64,000 nucleotides of DNA from an uncultured Chloroflexia bacterium (lineage in GTDB: Bacteria > Chloroflexota > Limnocylindria > QHBO01): contig CAWGTN010000002.1 of NCBI GenBank assembly GCA_963825525.1, positions 256,001 to 320,000 on the forward strand, written 5' to 3'. This document shows, in pieces, positions 11,120 to 20,809 of this stretch. Made by a program: the position numbers and the translations under genes. Below the pieces are notes generated by a model that was not told the origin of the DNA, searched no databases, and saw nothing but the letters and a program-made list of their open reading frames with translations. Position 1 is the first letter of the stretch; each line of letters starts with the position of its first letter.

Positions 11120-11993
11120 CCTCGACAAGCCGGTCGGACCGACCAGCCACGACATGGTCGGCATGATGCGGCGACTGAGTGGCACCCGGCGCATCGGCCA
11201 CGCCGGGACGCTCGATCCACTGGCGTCGGGTGTGCTGCCCATCCTGGTCGGCGCAGCGACGCGCTTCAGCCAGGAGCTGACCGGCGGCGCGAAGCGCTAC
11301 GAAGCCGTCATCCGCCTGGGGGCGAGGAGCGCGACGGACGACGCCGAGGGACCGATCGAGCCCGTCGCCGGATCCATGCCATCCGAGGCAGAAGTCCGCA
11401 ATGCGCTCGAGGGATTCGTCGGTACGTTCGATCAGATGCCACCGGTCTTCAGCGCCCGCAAGAGCGGGGGCCAGACTGCACACCGGGCGGCGCGTGCGGG
11501 ACAGCCCCTCACGCTGACGCCGCGCTCGGTCACCATTCACGAGATCGTGCTGCTGAGCTTCGACTCCGAAGAGGCCGCGGCGGACCTGCGAATCGACCTC
11601 CGATGCGGTGCGGGGACCTACGTGCGGTCGCTTGCCCGCGACCTCGGCGCCAGGCTCGGCAGCGCCGGGTACCTCCATGCGCTGCGCCGGACCGAGGCAT
11701 CAGGGCTGAGCATCGACTCCGCGGTCACGCCCGACATGCTGGAGGCGCTCGCATCCGAGGGCCGGCTTGCCGATGCGGTGCTGTCGGTGGGCGACCTGCT
11801 GCCGCTTCCACACCTCGAGCTGGACCCGGAGCACGCTGCTGCATTTCGCAACGGCTCCGCACGAGCGGTTGAACCGGGAGTCGCCGAGGGGCAGGTCGCG
11901 GTGTTCGGCGGGGGAGCGATCATCGGCATCGGCTCGGTCAGCGGCGGGATCCTGCAGCCGGACAAGGTGCTGCCGGCGGACGTCGAGGCGTGA
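11103..11993 (+). CDS. truB: tRNA pseudouridine(55) synthase
   Basis: DKPVGPTSHD, GHAGTLDPLASG, GTYVRSLARD; ATG 11103 overlaps the upstream gene end. Confidence 0.96.
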   Translation: MLGVVNLDKPVGPTSHDMVGMMRRLSGTRRIGHAGTLDPLASGVLPILVGAATRFSQELTGGAKRYEAVIRLGARSATDDAEGPIEPVAGSMPSEAEVRNALEGFVGTFDQMPPVFSARKSGGQTAHRAARAGQPLTLTPRSVTIHEIVLLSFDSEEAAADLRIDLRCGAGTYVRSLARDLGARLGSAGYLHALRRTEASGLSIDSAVTPDMLEALASEGRLADAVLSVGDLLPLPHLELDPEHAAAFRNGSARAVEPGVAEGQVAVFGGGAIIGIGSVSGGILQPDKVLPADVEA

Positions 11994-12919
11994 GCCCGCT
12001 CCCGATCGACGACCTGCCGCGCATCGGACCCGCGGTCATCACGCTCGGCGTCTTCGACGGCGTGCATCGCGGCCATCGGCACGTCCTGGAGGCCACCGTG
12101 CGGGCCGCGCATGAGCGATCGGCCGCCAGCGTTGCCCTCGTGTTCAGTCCGCATCCCGACGAGATCATCCGACCCGGAGTCACGGTCGAACGGCTCCTGC
12201 CGCCGGAAGTCACCGTCGAGCGCCTTGTGCGATCCGGAGTCGATCACGCCATCGAGATAACGTTCGACGATCGCCTGCGGAATCTCGAGCCCGACGAGTT
12301 CCTGGCCGCCCTCGCACCCGCCATCGAGCTGCGTGGCATCACGATGACACCGGAGAGCGCATTCGGACGGCGGCGGGCGGGGACACTGGAGCGCATCGCC
12401 GAGATCGGCGCCGAGAATGGCTGGGACTGCGTCGCCGTGGAGCCGATGCTCGTGGATGACGTGCCGGTCTCATCGTCCCGCATCCGCGCGGCCCTGGCCG
12501 AGGGTCGGGTCGAGGAGGCGGGACTCCTCCTGGGGACGCCGCCCCTCCTGCGCGGTACAGTCGTGCACGGCGACGAGCGCGGCCGCGAGCTCGGATTCCC
12601 CACGGCCAACCTCGCCTTTGACTATCGTGCCGCTCTGCCGGCGCTGGGCATCTACCTGGGCCGCGTCAGCGTTGCCGAACGGGGCGTAGGGCCGGGCCAC
12701 CCCGCCCTGGTGAGCGTCGGCGTGCGCCCCACCTTCCACGACGACGGCCGCGTCCTCGTCGAGGTGTACCTGCTCGATTGGGACGGCGACCTCTACGACG
12801 CGAGCCTGGACGTCGAGCTCCACGCCCGTCTGAGGCCGGAGCAGCGATTCGATGACGCCGATGCCCTTGTCGCCCAGATGCGGCGCGACGAGGAAGAGGC
12901 GCGCCGCCTGCTCGGCTGA
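11990..12919 (+). CDS. ribF: Bifunctional riboflavin kinase/FAD synthetase
   Basis: GVFDGVHRGH, SSSRIR, GRELGFPTAN. Confidence 0.96.
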   Translation: MSPLPIDDLPRIGPAVITLGVFDGVHRGHRHVLEATVRAAHERSAASVALVFSPHPDEIIRPGVTVERLLPPEVTVERLVRSGVDHAIEITFDDRLRNLEPDEFLAALAPAIELRGITMTPESAFGRRRAGTLERIAEIGAENGWDCVAVEPMLVDDVPVSSSRIRAALAEGRVEEAGLLLGTPPLLRGTVVHGDERGRELGFPTANLAFDYRAALPALGIYLGRVSVAERGVGPGHPALVSVGVRPTFHDDGRVLVEVYLLDWDGDLYDASLDVELHARLRPEQRFDDADALVAQMRRDEEEARRLLG

Positions 12920-12951
12920 TCACGGCGTCCGTGGCGGCCGGGCACCTGCTC

Positions 12952-12960
12952 TGGTAAACT
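12952..12960 (+). promoter_or_regulatory. Putative extended -10 promoter (TGgTAAACT) of rpsO-pnp
   Basis: TG-n-TAAACT about 35 nt upstream of the rpsO start. Confidence 0.5.
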
Positions 12961-12993
12961 CGCACGGTTACGGAAACGAATGTGGAGGAATAC

Positions 12994-13263
12994 GTGCCGC
13001 TCGCCAAGGACGCGAAGAGCGCAATCGTCGACGAATACGCCACGCACGAGGGCGATACGGGATCACCCGAGGTGCAGATTGCGCTTCTCACCGAGCGGAT
13101 CAAGTCGCTGACTGATCATCTGCGCAGCTACCCGAAGGACAATCACTCGCGCCGCGGGCTGCTCAAGCTCGTCGGGCAGCGCCGGCGGCTGCTCGCGTAT
13201 CTGGTCCGCAACGATGTCGACCGATACCGCACCGTCATCGGCAGCCTGGGGCTCCGCCGCTAG
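12994..13263 (+). CDS. rpsO: 30S ribosomal protein S15
   Basis: [10 protein letters not shown] and KDNHSRRGL; GTG start preceded by GGAGG. Confidence 0.97.
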   Translation: MPLAKDAKSAIVDEYATHEGDTGSPEVQIALLTERIKSLTDHLRSYPKDNHSRRGLLKLVGQRRRLLAYLVRNDVDRYRTVIGSLGLRR

Positions 13264-13278
13264 ACACGACCCGCGATC

Positions 13279-13396
13279 AGACCCGGGACACAAACGGTCC
13301 TGGGTTTCGCACATCGCACGAACTCAATTGGCATCCACCCCCGCCTGACGCCTGCGCTCATGTGAGCGCGCCACGGGAATCGAGCGTCGGATGCCA
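13279..13396 (+). promoter_or_regulatory. Structured rpsO-pnp intergenic leader (two stem-loops)
   Basis: Hairpin 13280-13306; outer stem TGGCATCC (13329-13336) / GGATGCCA (13389-13396) enclosing GCGCTCA/TGAGCGC. Confidence 0.55.
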
Positions 13397-13420
13397 CGCC
13401 AAACACTTCTGGAGGAATCA

Positions 13421-16030
13421 GTGGCAATCACTCACGAAGCCGAAATCGGCGGCAAGGTCTTCAGCATGGAGGCCGGCAAGCTCGCCGAGCAGGCGGACGG
13501 GGCCGTCATCGTTCGATACGGTGACTCCGTCGTCCTCGCGACTGCGGTCGCATCCAAGGAGCCCCGCGAGGGCGCCGACTTCTTCCCGCTCACCGTCGAC
13601 TACGAGGAGCGGATGTACGCCGCGGGCAAGATCCCGGGCGGATTCATCAAGCGCGAGTCGCGCCCGTCGGAGGCCGCCATCCTGGCGATGCGCCTCACGG
13701 ACCGCCCGCTCCGCCCGCTCTTCCCGAAGGGCTACTTCAACGACGTTCAGGTCGTCCTGACGGTCCTGTCGACCGACCAGGAGAATGACCCGGACATCCT
13801 TGCCCTCAACGGCGCATCAGCCGCCCTGAGCATCAGCAACATCCCGTTCATGGGCCCGGTCGGCGCCGTGCGCGTCGGTCGAATCGGCGGCGAGTTCGTC
13901 ACCAACCCGACGAACACGGAGCTGGCGACCAGCGAGCTCGACCTCGTGGTCGCAGGCACGCGCGAGGCCGTCATGATGGTCGAGGCGGGCGCGAACATCC
14001 TGCCCGAGTCCGTCATGGCCGACGCCATCGCCTACGGTCACAGCGAGCTCCAGAAGTCGATCGACCTCCAGGAGAAGCTGGTTGCCTCGGCAGGCACCCC
14101 GAAGAAGGTGCCGTTCGTGGGTCCGAAGGCTCCCTCGGTCGTGCAGCTCGGCAAGGCCCTGGCCGAGTCGAAGAACGAGTTCGTGGTCTTCGACCTCGAA
14201 ACGACGGCCATCAAGCCGGAGCACGGCTACATCGTGGACATCGCGGCGCTGCGGCTCCGCGATGGACAGATCGTCGACCGGTTCGAGACCCTCGTGAACC
14301 CCGGGCGCCCGATCGTCGGCCACCAGGTTCATGGCATCAAGACCGATGACGTCGCCAATGCGCCCACCGCCGCCGATGCGCTCACCCAGTTCGTCGACTG
14401 GGTCGGTGACACGCCGGTCGTGGCGCACAACTCGTCATTCGACGTCCCGTTCGTCCTCCGCCACCTGCCGACTGACCGCACCTGGAACCCGAGCGCCGTG
14501 TACGACACCCTGCAGCTCGGATATCAGCTCTACCCGGACGCGGGCGGCTACAAGCTCGCCGATCTCGTGCGATTCGTCTTCGGCCGCGACCATGCGTCCG
14601 CGCATCGGGCGATGCCCGATGCCGAGGCCACCGCGGAGCTCTTCCTGCACTTCACCAGCGGACTGTCGGAGCGCCTCGATGCGGTGCGACAGGACATCGC
14701 CGACGAGGTGCGTCGCGCCCGTGACAACTACAACCGCGCCGAGCAGGGCGATCGGCTCGAGGACATTCGCCGGCGCCACGGCATCGGCTCTTCGCTCATG
14801 GACACGATCACCAAGGCGACCGTCCGCGAGCTGGTCCTGAACGAGAACGTCCGCATCGACGGGCGCGACACGAAGACGATCCGGCCGATCAGCGTGGAGG
14901 TCGGCGTGCTGCCGCGAACCCACGGCTCGGGCCTCTTCACCCGCGGCCAGACGCAGGCACTCTCGATCGCGACGCTCGGACCGAGCAGCGATGTCCAGCG
15001 CATGGACACGATCTCACCGGAGACCGAGAAGCGCTACATGCACCACTACAACATGCCGCCGTACTCTGTCGGCGAGGCGCGCTTCATGCGTGGGCCCGGT
15101 CGGCGAGAGATCGGTCATGGCGCGTTGGCCGAGCGTGCGCTGGTGCCGGTGCTCCCGGATGTCAGCGAGTTCCCGTACGTGATCCGCGTCGTCAGCGAGT
15201 GCGTGAGCTCGAATGGATCGACCTCGATGGCCTCGACCTGTGGGTCGACGCTGGCTCTCATGGATGCCGGAGTGCCGATCAAGGCGCCGGTCGCCGGTGC
15301 CGCGATGGGGCTGATCAACGACAAGGAGTCGGGTCGCTACGCCGTCCTGACCGACATCACCGGCAAGGAAGACGCCTACGGTGACATGGACTTCAAGGTG
15401 ACCGGGACCGCCGAAGGCGTGACTGCGCTCCAGATGGACATCAAGGTTGCCGGCATCACGACCGAGATCATGCGAGACGCGCTCGAGCAGGCTCGCGAGG
15501 CCCGGCTCCACATCCTGGGCAAGATGACCGAGGTCATCGGCACCAGCCGCGAGGAGCTCAGCCAGTACGCGCCGCGCATCACGACGCTGAAGATCCCCGT
15601 GGACAAGATCCGCGACGTCATCGGCGCCGGCGGCAAGGTGATCCGCCAGATCACCGCTGAGACCGGGACGCAGATCAACGTCGAGGACGACGGTACGATC
15701 CAGATCGCCGCAACCGACGGCGAAGCCGCCAAGAAGGCGATCGCATGGATCGAAGGCCTGACCAAGGACGTGGAGGTCGGCAAGGAGTACCTCGGCAAGG
15801 TGACCCGGATCATGAACTTCGGTGCCTTCGTCGAGATCCTGCCCGGCAAGGAGGGCCTGGTGCACATCAGCCAGCTCGCCGATTACCGGGTGCCGCGCGT
15901 CGAGGACGTGGTCAGCATCGGCGACGAGCTGATGGTGATCGTCACCGAGATCGATCGCATGGGTCGCGTGAACCTGAGCCGCCGCGCGGCGATGGAGCGG
16001 CACATGGCCAAGGCCGGCGACCGAAGCTGA
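13421..16030 (+). CDS. pnp: Polyribonucleotide nucleotidyltransferase (PNPase) with an inserted DEDDh 3'-5' exonuclease domain
   Basis: [41 protein letters not shown] and S1 domains; insert 14177-14653 has [21 protein letters not shown]; GTG start 13421 after GGAGG. Confidence 0.97.
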   Translation: MAITHEAEIGGKVFSMEAGKLAEQADGAVIVRYGDSVVLATAVASKEPREGADFFPLTVDYEERMYAAGKIPGGFIKRESRPSEAAILAMRLTDRPLRPLFPKGYFNDVQVVLTVLSTDQENDPDILALNGASAALSISNIPFMGPVGAVRVGRIGGEFVTNPTNTELATSELDLVVAGTREAVMMVEAGANILPESVMADAIAYGHSELQKSIDLQEKLVASAGTPKKVPFVGPKAPSVVQLGKALAESKNEFVVFDLETTAIKPEHGYIVDIAALRLRDGQIVDRFETLVNPGRPIVGHQVHGIKTDDVANAPTAADALTQFVDWVGDTPVVAHNSSFDVPFVLRHLPTDRTWNPSAVYDTLQLGYQLYPDAGGYKLADLVRFVFGRDHASAHRAMPDAEATAELFLHFTSGLSERLDAVRQDIADEVRRARDNYNRAEQGDRLEDIRRRHGIGSSLMDTITKATVRELVLNENVRIDGRDTKTIRPISVEVGVLPRTHGSGLFTRGQTQALSIATLGPSSDVQRMDTISPETEKRYMHHYNMPPYSVGEARFMRGPGRREIGHGALAERALVPVLPDVSEFPYVIRVVSECVSSNGSTSMASTCGSTLALMDAGVPIKAPVAGAAMGLINDKESGRYAVLTDITGKEDAYGDMDFKVTGTAEGVTALQMDIKVAGITTEIMRDALEQAREARLHILGKMTEVIGTSREELSQYAPRITTLKIPVDKIRDVIGAGGKVIRQITAETGTQINVEDDGTIQIAATDGEAAKKAIAWIEGLTKDVEVGKEYLGKVTRIMNFGAFVEILPGKEGLVHISQLADYRVPRVEDVVSIGDELMVIVTEIDRMGRVNLSRRAAMERHMAKAGDRS

Positions 16031-16049
16031 GCCTGGCCGGCCGTGCGCG

Positions 16050-16743
16050 ATGGTTGACGCGACCGGTCCGATCGGGGGGGTGCGAGGCGCTCGCGCACAT
16101 CGCGGACGAGGTGCGTGGCTGCACACGCTGTGCGCTGTCGCGCGGTCGAACGCATGCCGTCCCTGGCGAGGGGAATGTCCTGAGTGACGTTCTCCTCGTC
16201 GGCGAAGGCCCGGGTGCCCGCGAGGATCGCACCGGCCGCCCATTCGTCGGCCCGGCGGGCGAGCTCCTCACCGAGCTGCTTGCAGCCATCGGCTGGGGAA
16301 GAGAGGACGTGTTCATCACGAACGTCGTGAAGTGCCGGCCGCCGGGAAACCGGGACCCCGAACCGGAGGAGATGACGGCGTGCGCGGGGTACCTGGAGGC
16401 GCAGGAACGCGCGCTCGAACCGGCCGTCGTCGTCACGCTGGGACGGCATTCGTTGGGCCGATACCTGCCAGGTGCCCGAATCAGCGGCATCCATGGCCAT
16501 CTTCGTCGGTCGTACAGCGGTCAGCACGTCTTCCCGATGTACCATCCTGCTGCGGCGCTGCACCAGGCCTCGCTGCGCGAGACGCTGTTCCGCGACATCC
16601 GAGGCCTGCCGGCGGCGTTGCTGGACGCCCGTCGAGCGCTCGAATCGGAGCGCGCGGCATCGGTCCAGGCGCAGACGGCCGCCGAACCGGACGAACGCCC
16701 GGAACGGCAAGCTGACGGTGCCGAACAGACGACCCTTTTCTAG
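16050..16743 (+). CDS. Family-4 uracil-DNA glycosylase (Fe-S); start uncertain (ATG 16050 with a +1 G in a G7 run, or TTG 16054)
   Basis: CTRCAL, VGEGPG, GRPFVGPAG, NVVKCRPPGNRDP, YHPAA. Confidence 0.92.
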
Positions 16744-16751
16744 GAGCTTCC

Positions 16752-18416
16752 ATGTCCGATTCCCTGCGCATCATCCCGCTCGGTGGGGTGGGCGAGGTCG
16801 GAAAGAACATCACCGTCATCGAGTTCGATGACGAGATCCTCATCGTGGACTGCGGACTCGCGTTCCCCGAGCCGGAGATGCTCGGTATCGACCTCGTGAT
16901 TCCCGACGCCACGTACCTTGCGGAGAACCGCGATCGAGTGCGCGGGATCATCCTCACGCACGGTCACGAGGACCACACCGGGGCGTTGCCATACGTCCTT
17001 CCGAAGATCCCCGGGACGCCCATCTATGCGACGCGTCTCACCGAGGGGCTGGTCCAGGGGAAGCTTCGCGAGCACAAGCTGCTCGATTCGACGCCGCTTC
17101 ACGTGATCGAGCCCGGGGTCGAGTTCTCGGTCGGCTCGTTCAAGATCGTCCCGTTCCGGGTCAACCACTCGATCCCCGACGGCGTCGGATACGCGATCAC
17201 CACGCGCCTCGGGACGATCGTCCATACCGGTGACTTCAAGTTCGACCACACGCCTCCGGATGGGCGTCGGGCCGACCTGGGCCTGATCGCGGAGATCGGC
17301 AACCGCGGCGTCGAATTCCTGCTCAGCGACTCGACACGCGCCGAGAAGGAGGGCTACACCCTGTCCGAATCCACGGTCGGGGAGAGCCTGGGGCGCCTGG
17401 TGGGCGAGGCACCCGGTCGCGTCATCGTTGCCACCTTCGCCAGCAACATCGGCCGCGTCCAGCAGGTGATCGACGCTGCCTGGGCGCACGGCCGCAAGAT
17501 GGTCGCCCTGGGGCGGAGCATGGAGCAGAACACCGCGATCGCCCTTGAGCGAGGCTATCTCGACGCGCGTGACGGGACCCTGGTCAAGAAGGATCAGCTC
17601 CAGCGCCTGTCGAAGGAGCAGCTGGTCGTCATGACCACCGGCTCCCAGGGAGAGCCGATGAGCGGGCTCACCCGGATGAGCAACCGCGACCACCGCAACA
17701 TCACGATCGAGCCCGGAGACACCGTCATCGTGTCGGCAAGCCCGATTCCGGGCAACGAGGAGGCAGTCGCCAAGACGATCGACAACCTCTTCAAGGAAGG
17801 CGCGATGGTCCACTACGAGCCGCTCGTGCACTGCCACGTGTCGGGCCACGGGTCACGCGAGGAGCTCAAGCTCATGCTGGGGCTGGTCAAGCCTCGCCAC
17901 TTCGTGCCGATCCACGGCGAGTACCGAATGCTCGTCCAGCACGCGCTGCTGGCCGAGGGGGCCGGCGTGGACGTGGACAAGATCTTCATCCTGGAGAACG
18001 GACAGGTCGTCGAGTTCGACGGGCAGCGGGGCCGCATGGCCGGAACGGTGACCGCCGGCGCCGTGCTGGTGGATGGCATCGCGGCCATTGACGGGATCGA
18101 CGGGGTCGTGCTGCGCGATCGCCGCATGCTCGCGTCGGATGGCGTCGTCATGGTGGCCCTCACGATCGACGCCAAGACCGGTCAGCCGGTCGGTCTGCCG
18201 GACCTGGTGAGCCGAGGATTCCTGTCGGATCCCGAGGATCCGATCATGGGTGCGGCACGCGACCATCTCATGGCCGCGCTCCGCCAACGGCACGAGGACG
18301 AGCACAACGCCGAAGCCGGATACGTGAAGACGAAGATCCGGGACACGCTGAGCCGGTTCTTCCATCAGCGAACGAAGCGACGACCGATGATCCTGCCCAT
18401 CGTGATGGAGGTCTGA
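16752..18416 (+). CDS. rnj: Ribonuclease J
   Basis: PLGGVGEVGKN, THGHEDH, HTGDFK, HVSGH, PIHGE. Confidence 0.96.
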   Translation: MSDSLRIIPLGGVGEVGKNITVIEFDDEILIVDCGLAFPEPEMLGIDLVIPDATYLAENRDRVRGIILTHGHEDHTGALPYVLPKIPGTPIYATRLTEGLVQGKLREHKLLDSTPLHVIEPGVEFSVGSFKIVPFRVNHSIPDGVGYAITTRLGTIVHTGDFKFDHTPPDGRRADLGLIAEIGNRGVEFLLSDSTRAEKEGYTLSESTVGESLGRLVGEAPGRVIVATFASNIGRVQQVIDAAWAHGRKMVALGRSMEQNTAIALERGYLDARDGTLVKKDQLQRLSKEQLVVMTTGSQGEPMSGLTRMSNRDHRNITIEPGDTVIVSASPIPGNEEAVAKTIDNLFKEGAMVHYEPLVHCHVSGHGSREELKLMLGLVKPRHFVPIHGEYRMLVQHALLAEGAGVDVDKIFILENGQVVEFDGQRGRMAGTVTAGAVLVDGIAAIDGIDGVVLRDRRMLASDGVVMVALTIDAKTGQPVGLPDLVSRGFLSDPEDPIMGAARDHLMAALRQRHEDEHNAEAGYVKTKIRDTLSRFFHQRTKRRPMILPIVMEV

Positions 18417-18424
18417 CCCGGCCC

Positions 18425-20809
18425 GTGGCCACTCGACGGAGGACGACCACCCGACGGCGGCCGACGCGACGTCGTCGGCAGCGGAACCCGATGGTCATCA
18501 GCGCGCGTTTCGTGCGCGAGGTGATGGCCTTCGTGCTGCTCCTGCTCGCGATCATCAGCGTCATCGCGCTGTTCGCGCCCGACGCGGGGGCAATCGTGAA
18601 GCCATGGCACGACATCTTGTCGAGCTCGCTCGGCTGGGGCATCGCGTTCGCCGCCCCACTGCTCGCCGGGTTCGCGGTCATGCTGTGGATGAAGACGATG
18701 CCCGCGGAACGCTGGATGGCGGCAACCGGAGCCGCCGTCTTCGCCATGGCGCTGCTGGGCATGTTCCACCTCGCGGTCGGCGGCGGCTTCGACGCCATAG
18801 CCAGTGGCCAGGGCGGTGGAGCCATCGGCTTCGCGGTGAGTGCGCTGCTCCTGGGTGCCGTGGGCAGCGCGGGCGCGTGGATCGTGCTGGTGCTGCTTGC
18901 CGTGGTGGGGCTCCTCCTCTACTTCAACATGACGATCGGAGACCTGATCGCCGCGTACCTGGCTGGACGGGACGAGCGTCGCGAGATGGAGGCCGATGAG
19001 GCCCGTCGCGCCGCCGGTCGGCGACCTCGGACCGCAGAGGGCCGTGGCAGGCCCGAACCGGTCGAGGAGGACGCAGCTCGCCCGGGGCTGATCGATCGCA
19101 TGCGGGACCGCCTGGCCGGTTCCCACGAGGTCGAGGACGAGCCACCGGTGATTCTCCGTCGCGAACGCCCGGCGCCATCGGGCGGAGGGAGTGCCCGTCC
19201 CCCGACGCCGATTGCCGCCATTCCGGTGGCGGTCGGTGGGGAGCCGTCATCGCACGCCGTCATCGCCGAGCTCGAGCACACCGAGGAAGAGCACCTCGCC
19301 GAGGCGGCCGTCAGCGAGGGCATCGACGCGGCGCTCGAGCCGGTCGAGCGCACCTGGGATCTGCCATCGATCAGCCTTCTCGCCGATGCGCCGGAGTCCA
19401 GCGCGGCGCAGATGGATCTCACGGCGAAGGGTCAGCGCATCCGCGAGACCCTGGCCCACTTCGGCATCGGGGTGAAGGTCGCACGCATCCAGGAAGGCCC
19501 TGTCGTCACGCAGTACGCACTCGACGTGGACCCCGGAATCAAGCTGAGCAGGATCGAGGGACTGTCCGACAACCTGGCCCTCGCCCTCGCGGCGCGGAGC
19601 ATCCGGATCGAGGCTCCAATTCCGGGTGAGCCGTACGTGGGCGTCGAGATCCCGAACTCGGCCTTCGACCTCGTGACGCTGAAGGAGGTTCTCGCCAGCC
19701 GCAATCATGCCGAAGCGTCGAAGAAGTCGAAGCTGGCGTTCGCCCTCGGCCAGGACGTTGCCGGCCAGCCCTTCAGCGCCGATCTGGCCAAGATGCCGCA
19801 CCTGCTGATCGCTGGCGCGACCGGATCCGGCAAGAGCGTGTGCGTCAACGCCATCATCGACAGCTTCCTCATGAACTCGACCCCGGCGGAGGTCAAGCTC
19901 ATCCTCGTTGATCCGAAGCGGGTCGAGCTTGCGCAGTACAAGGGTATCCCGCATCTGCTGTGCGAGGTCATCGTCGAGCCGGACAAGGCGGTCAACGCCC
20001 TGAAGTGGACGGTCGGCACGATGGAGGGTCGCTATGCGGAGTTCGCGGCACGCGGCGTCCGAAATATCGCCGGCTACAACGAAGCGCTGCGTGCCGGAGA
20101 GCCGCGGATGCCGTACATCGTCATCGTCATCGACGAGCTCGCCGACCTCATGATGGTGAGCGCGTACGAGGTCGAGGCGACGATCACGCGCATCGCTCAG
20201 CTGGCGCGGGCCACGGGCATCCACCTCATCGTCGCGACCCAGCGGCCCTCGGTGCAGGTGATCACCGGCCTCATCAAGGCCAACATTCCGAGCCGCATCG
20301 CCTTCGCCATGACATCGGGCATCGACAGTCGCACGATCCTGGATACGACCGGCGCCGAGGACCTGCTGGGTCGTGGCGACATGCTCTACCAGCCGATCGA
20401 CGCGCCCCGGGCCGTTCGCCTCCAGGGAGTGCTCGTCACCGACGCCGAGATCGAATCCGTCGCCCGCCACTGGCGAGCCCAGGGCGGCCCGCAGTACCGA
20501 CCTGAGATCACGGCCCCACGCCGCGACGGCAAGCCGGGTGGCCGACCGGGCGAAGATGGCGATGACGATGATGATGCCGATGCCCTCCTGAGCCAGGCCG
20601 TGGACATCGTGCGACGATCAGACAAGGCATCGGCCTCGCTGCTTCAGCGCCGGCTCCGCATCGGCTATGCGCGCGCCGCCCGAATTCTCGATCAGATGGA
20701 GGATCGCGGCATTGTCGGCGCCGCCGATGGCAGCCGATTCCGCGAGGTGCTCGTCACGCCCGACGGCTGGGGCGGCGACGTCGACCCCGACGAGGCCGAG
20801 GATCTGTGA
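18425..20809 (+). CDS. ftsK: DNA translocase FtsK/SpoIIIE
   Basis: N-terminal TM segments, GATGSGKS, IDELADL, ATQRPS, gamma domain LQRRLRIGYARAAR. Confidence 0.96.
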   Translation: MATRRRTTTRRRPTRRRRQRNPMVISARFVREVMAFVLLLLAIISVIALFAPDAGAIVKPWHDILSSSLGWGIAFAAPLLAGFAVMLWMKTMPAERWMAATGAAVFAMALLGMFHLAVGGGFDAIASGQGGGAIGFAVSALLLGAVGSAGAWIVLVLLAVVGLLLYFNMTIGDLIAAYLAGRDERREMEADEARRAAGRRPRTAEGRGRPEPVEEDAARPGLIDRMRDRLAGSHEVEDEPPVILRRERPAPSGGGSARPPTPIAAIPVAVGGEPSSHAVIAELEHTEEEHLAEAAVSEGIDAALEPVERTWDLPSISLLADAPESSAAQMDLTAKGQRIRETLAHFGIGVKVARIQEGPVVTQYALDVDPGIKLSRIEGLSDNLALALAARSIRIEAPIPGEPYVGVEIPNSAFDLVTLKEVLASRNHAEASKKSKLAFALGQDVAGQPFSADLAKMPHLLIAGATGSGKSVCVNAIIDSFLMNSTPAEVKLILVDPKRVELAQYKGIPHLLCEVIVEPDKAVNALKWTVGTMEGRYAEFAARGVRNIAGYNEALRAGEPRMPYIVIVIDELADLMMVSAYEVEATITRIAQLARATGIHLIVATQRPSVQVITGLIKANIPSRIAFAMTSGIDSRTILDTTGAEDLLGRGDMLYQPIDAPRAVRLQGVLVTDAEIESVARHWRAQGGPQYRPEITAPRRDGKPGGRPGEDGDDDDDADALLSQAVDIVRRSDKASASLLQRRLRIGYARAARILDQMEDRGIVGAADGSRFREVLVTPDGWGGDVDPDEAEDL

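Noticed and set aside
14177-14653. Insert in pnp as an intein or homing endonuclease
   Set aside because: No N-terminal C/S splice block, no terminal HN, no LAGLIDADG or HNH motif; it reads as a DEDDh exonuclease.
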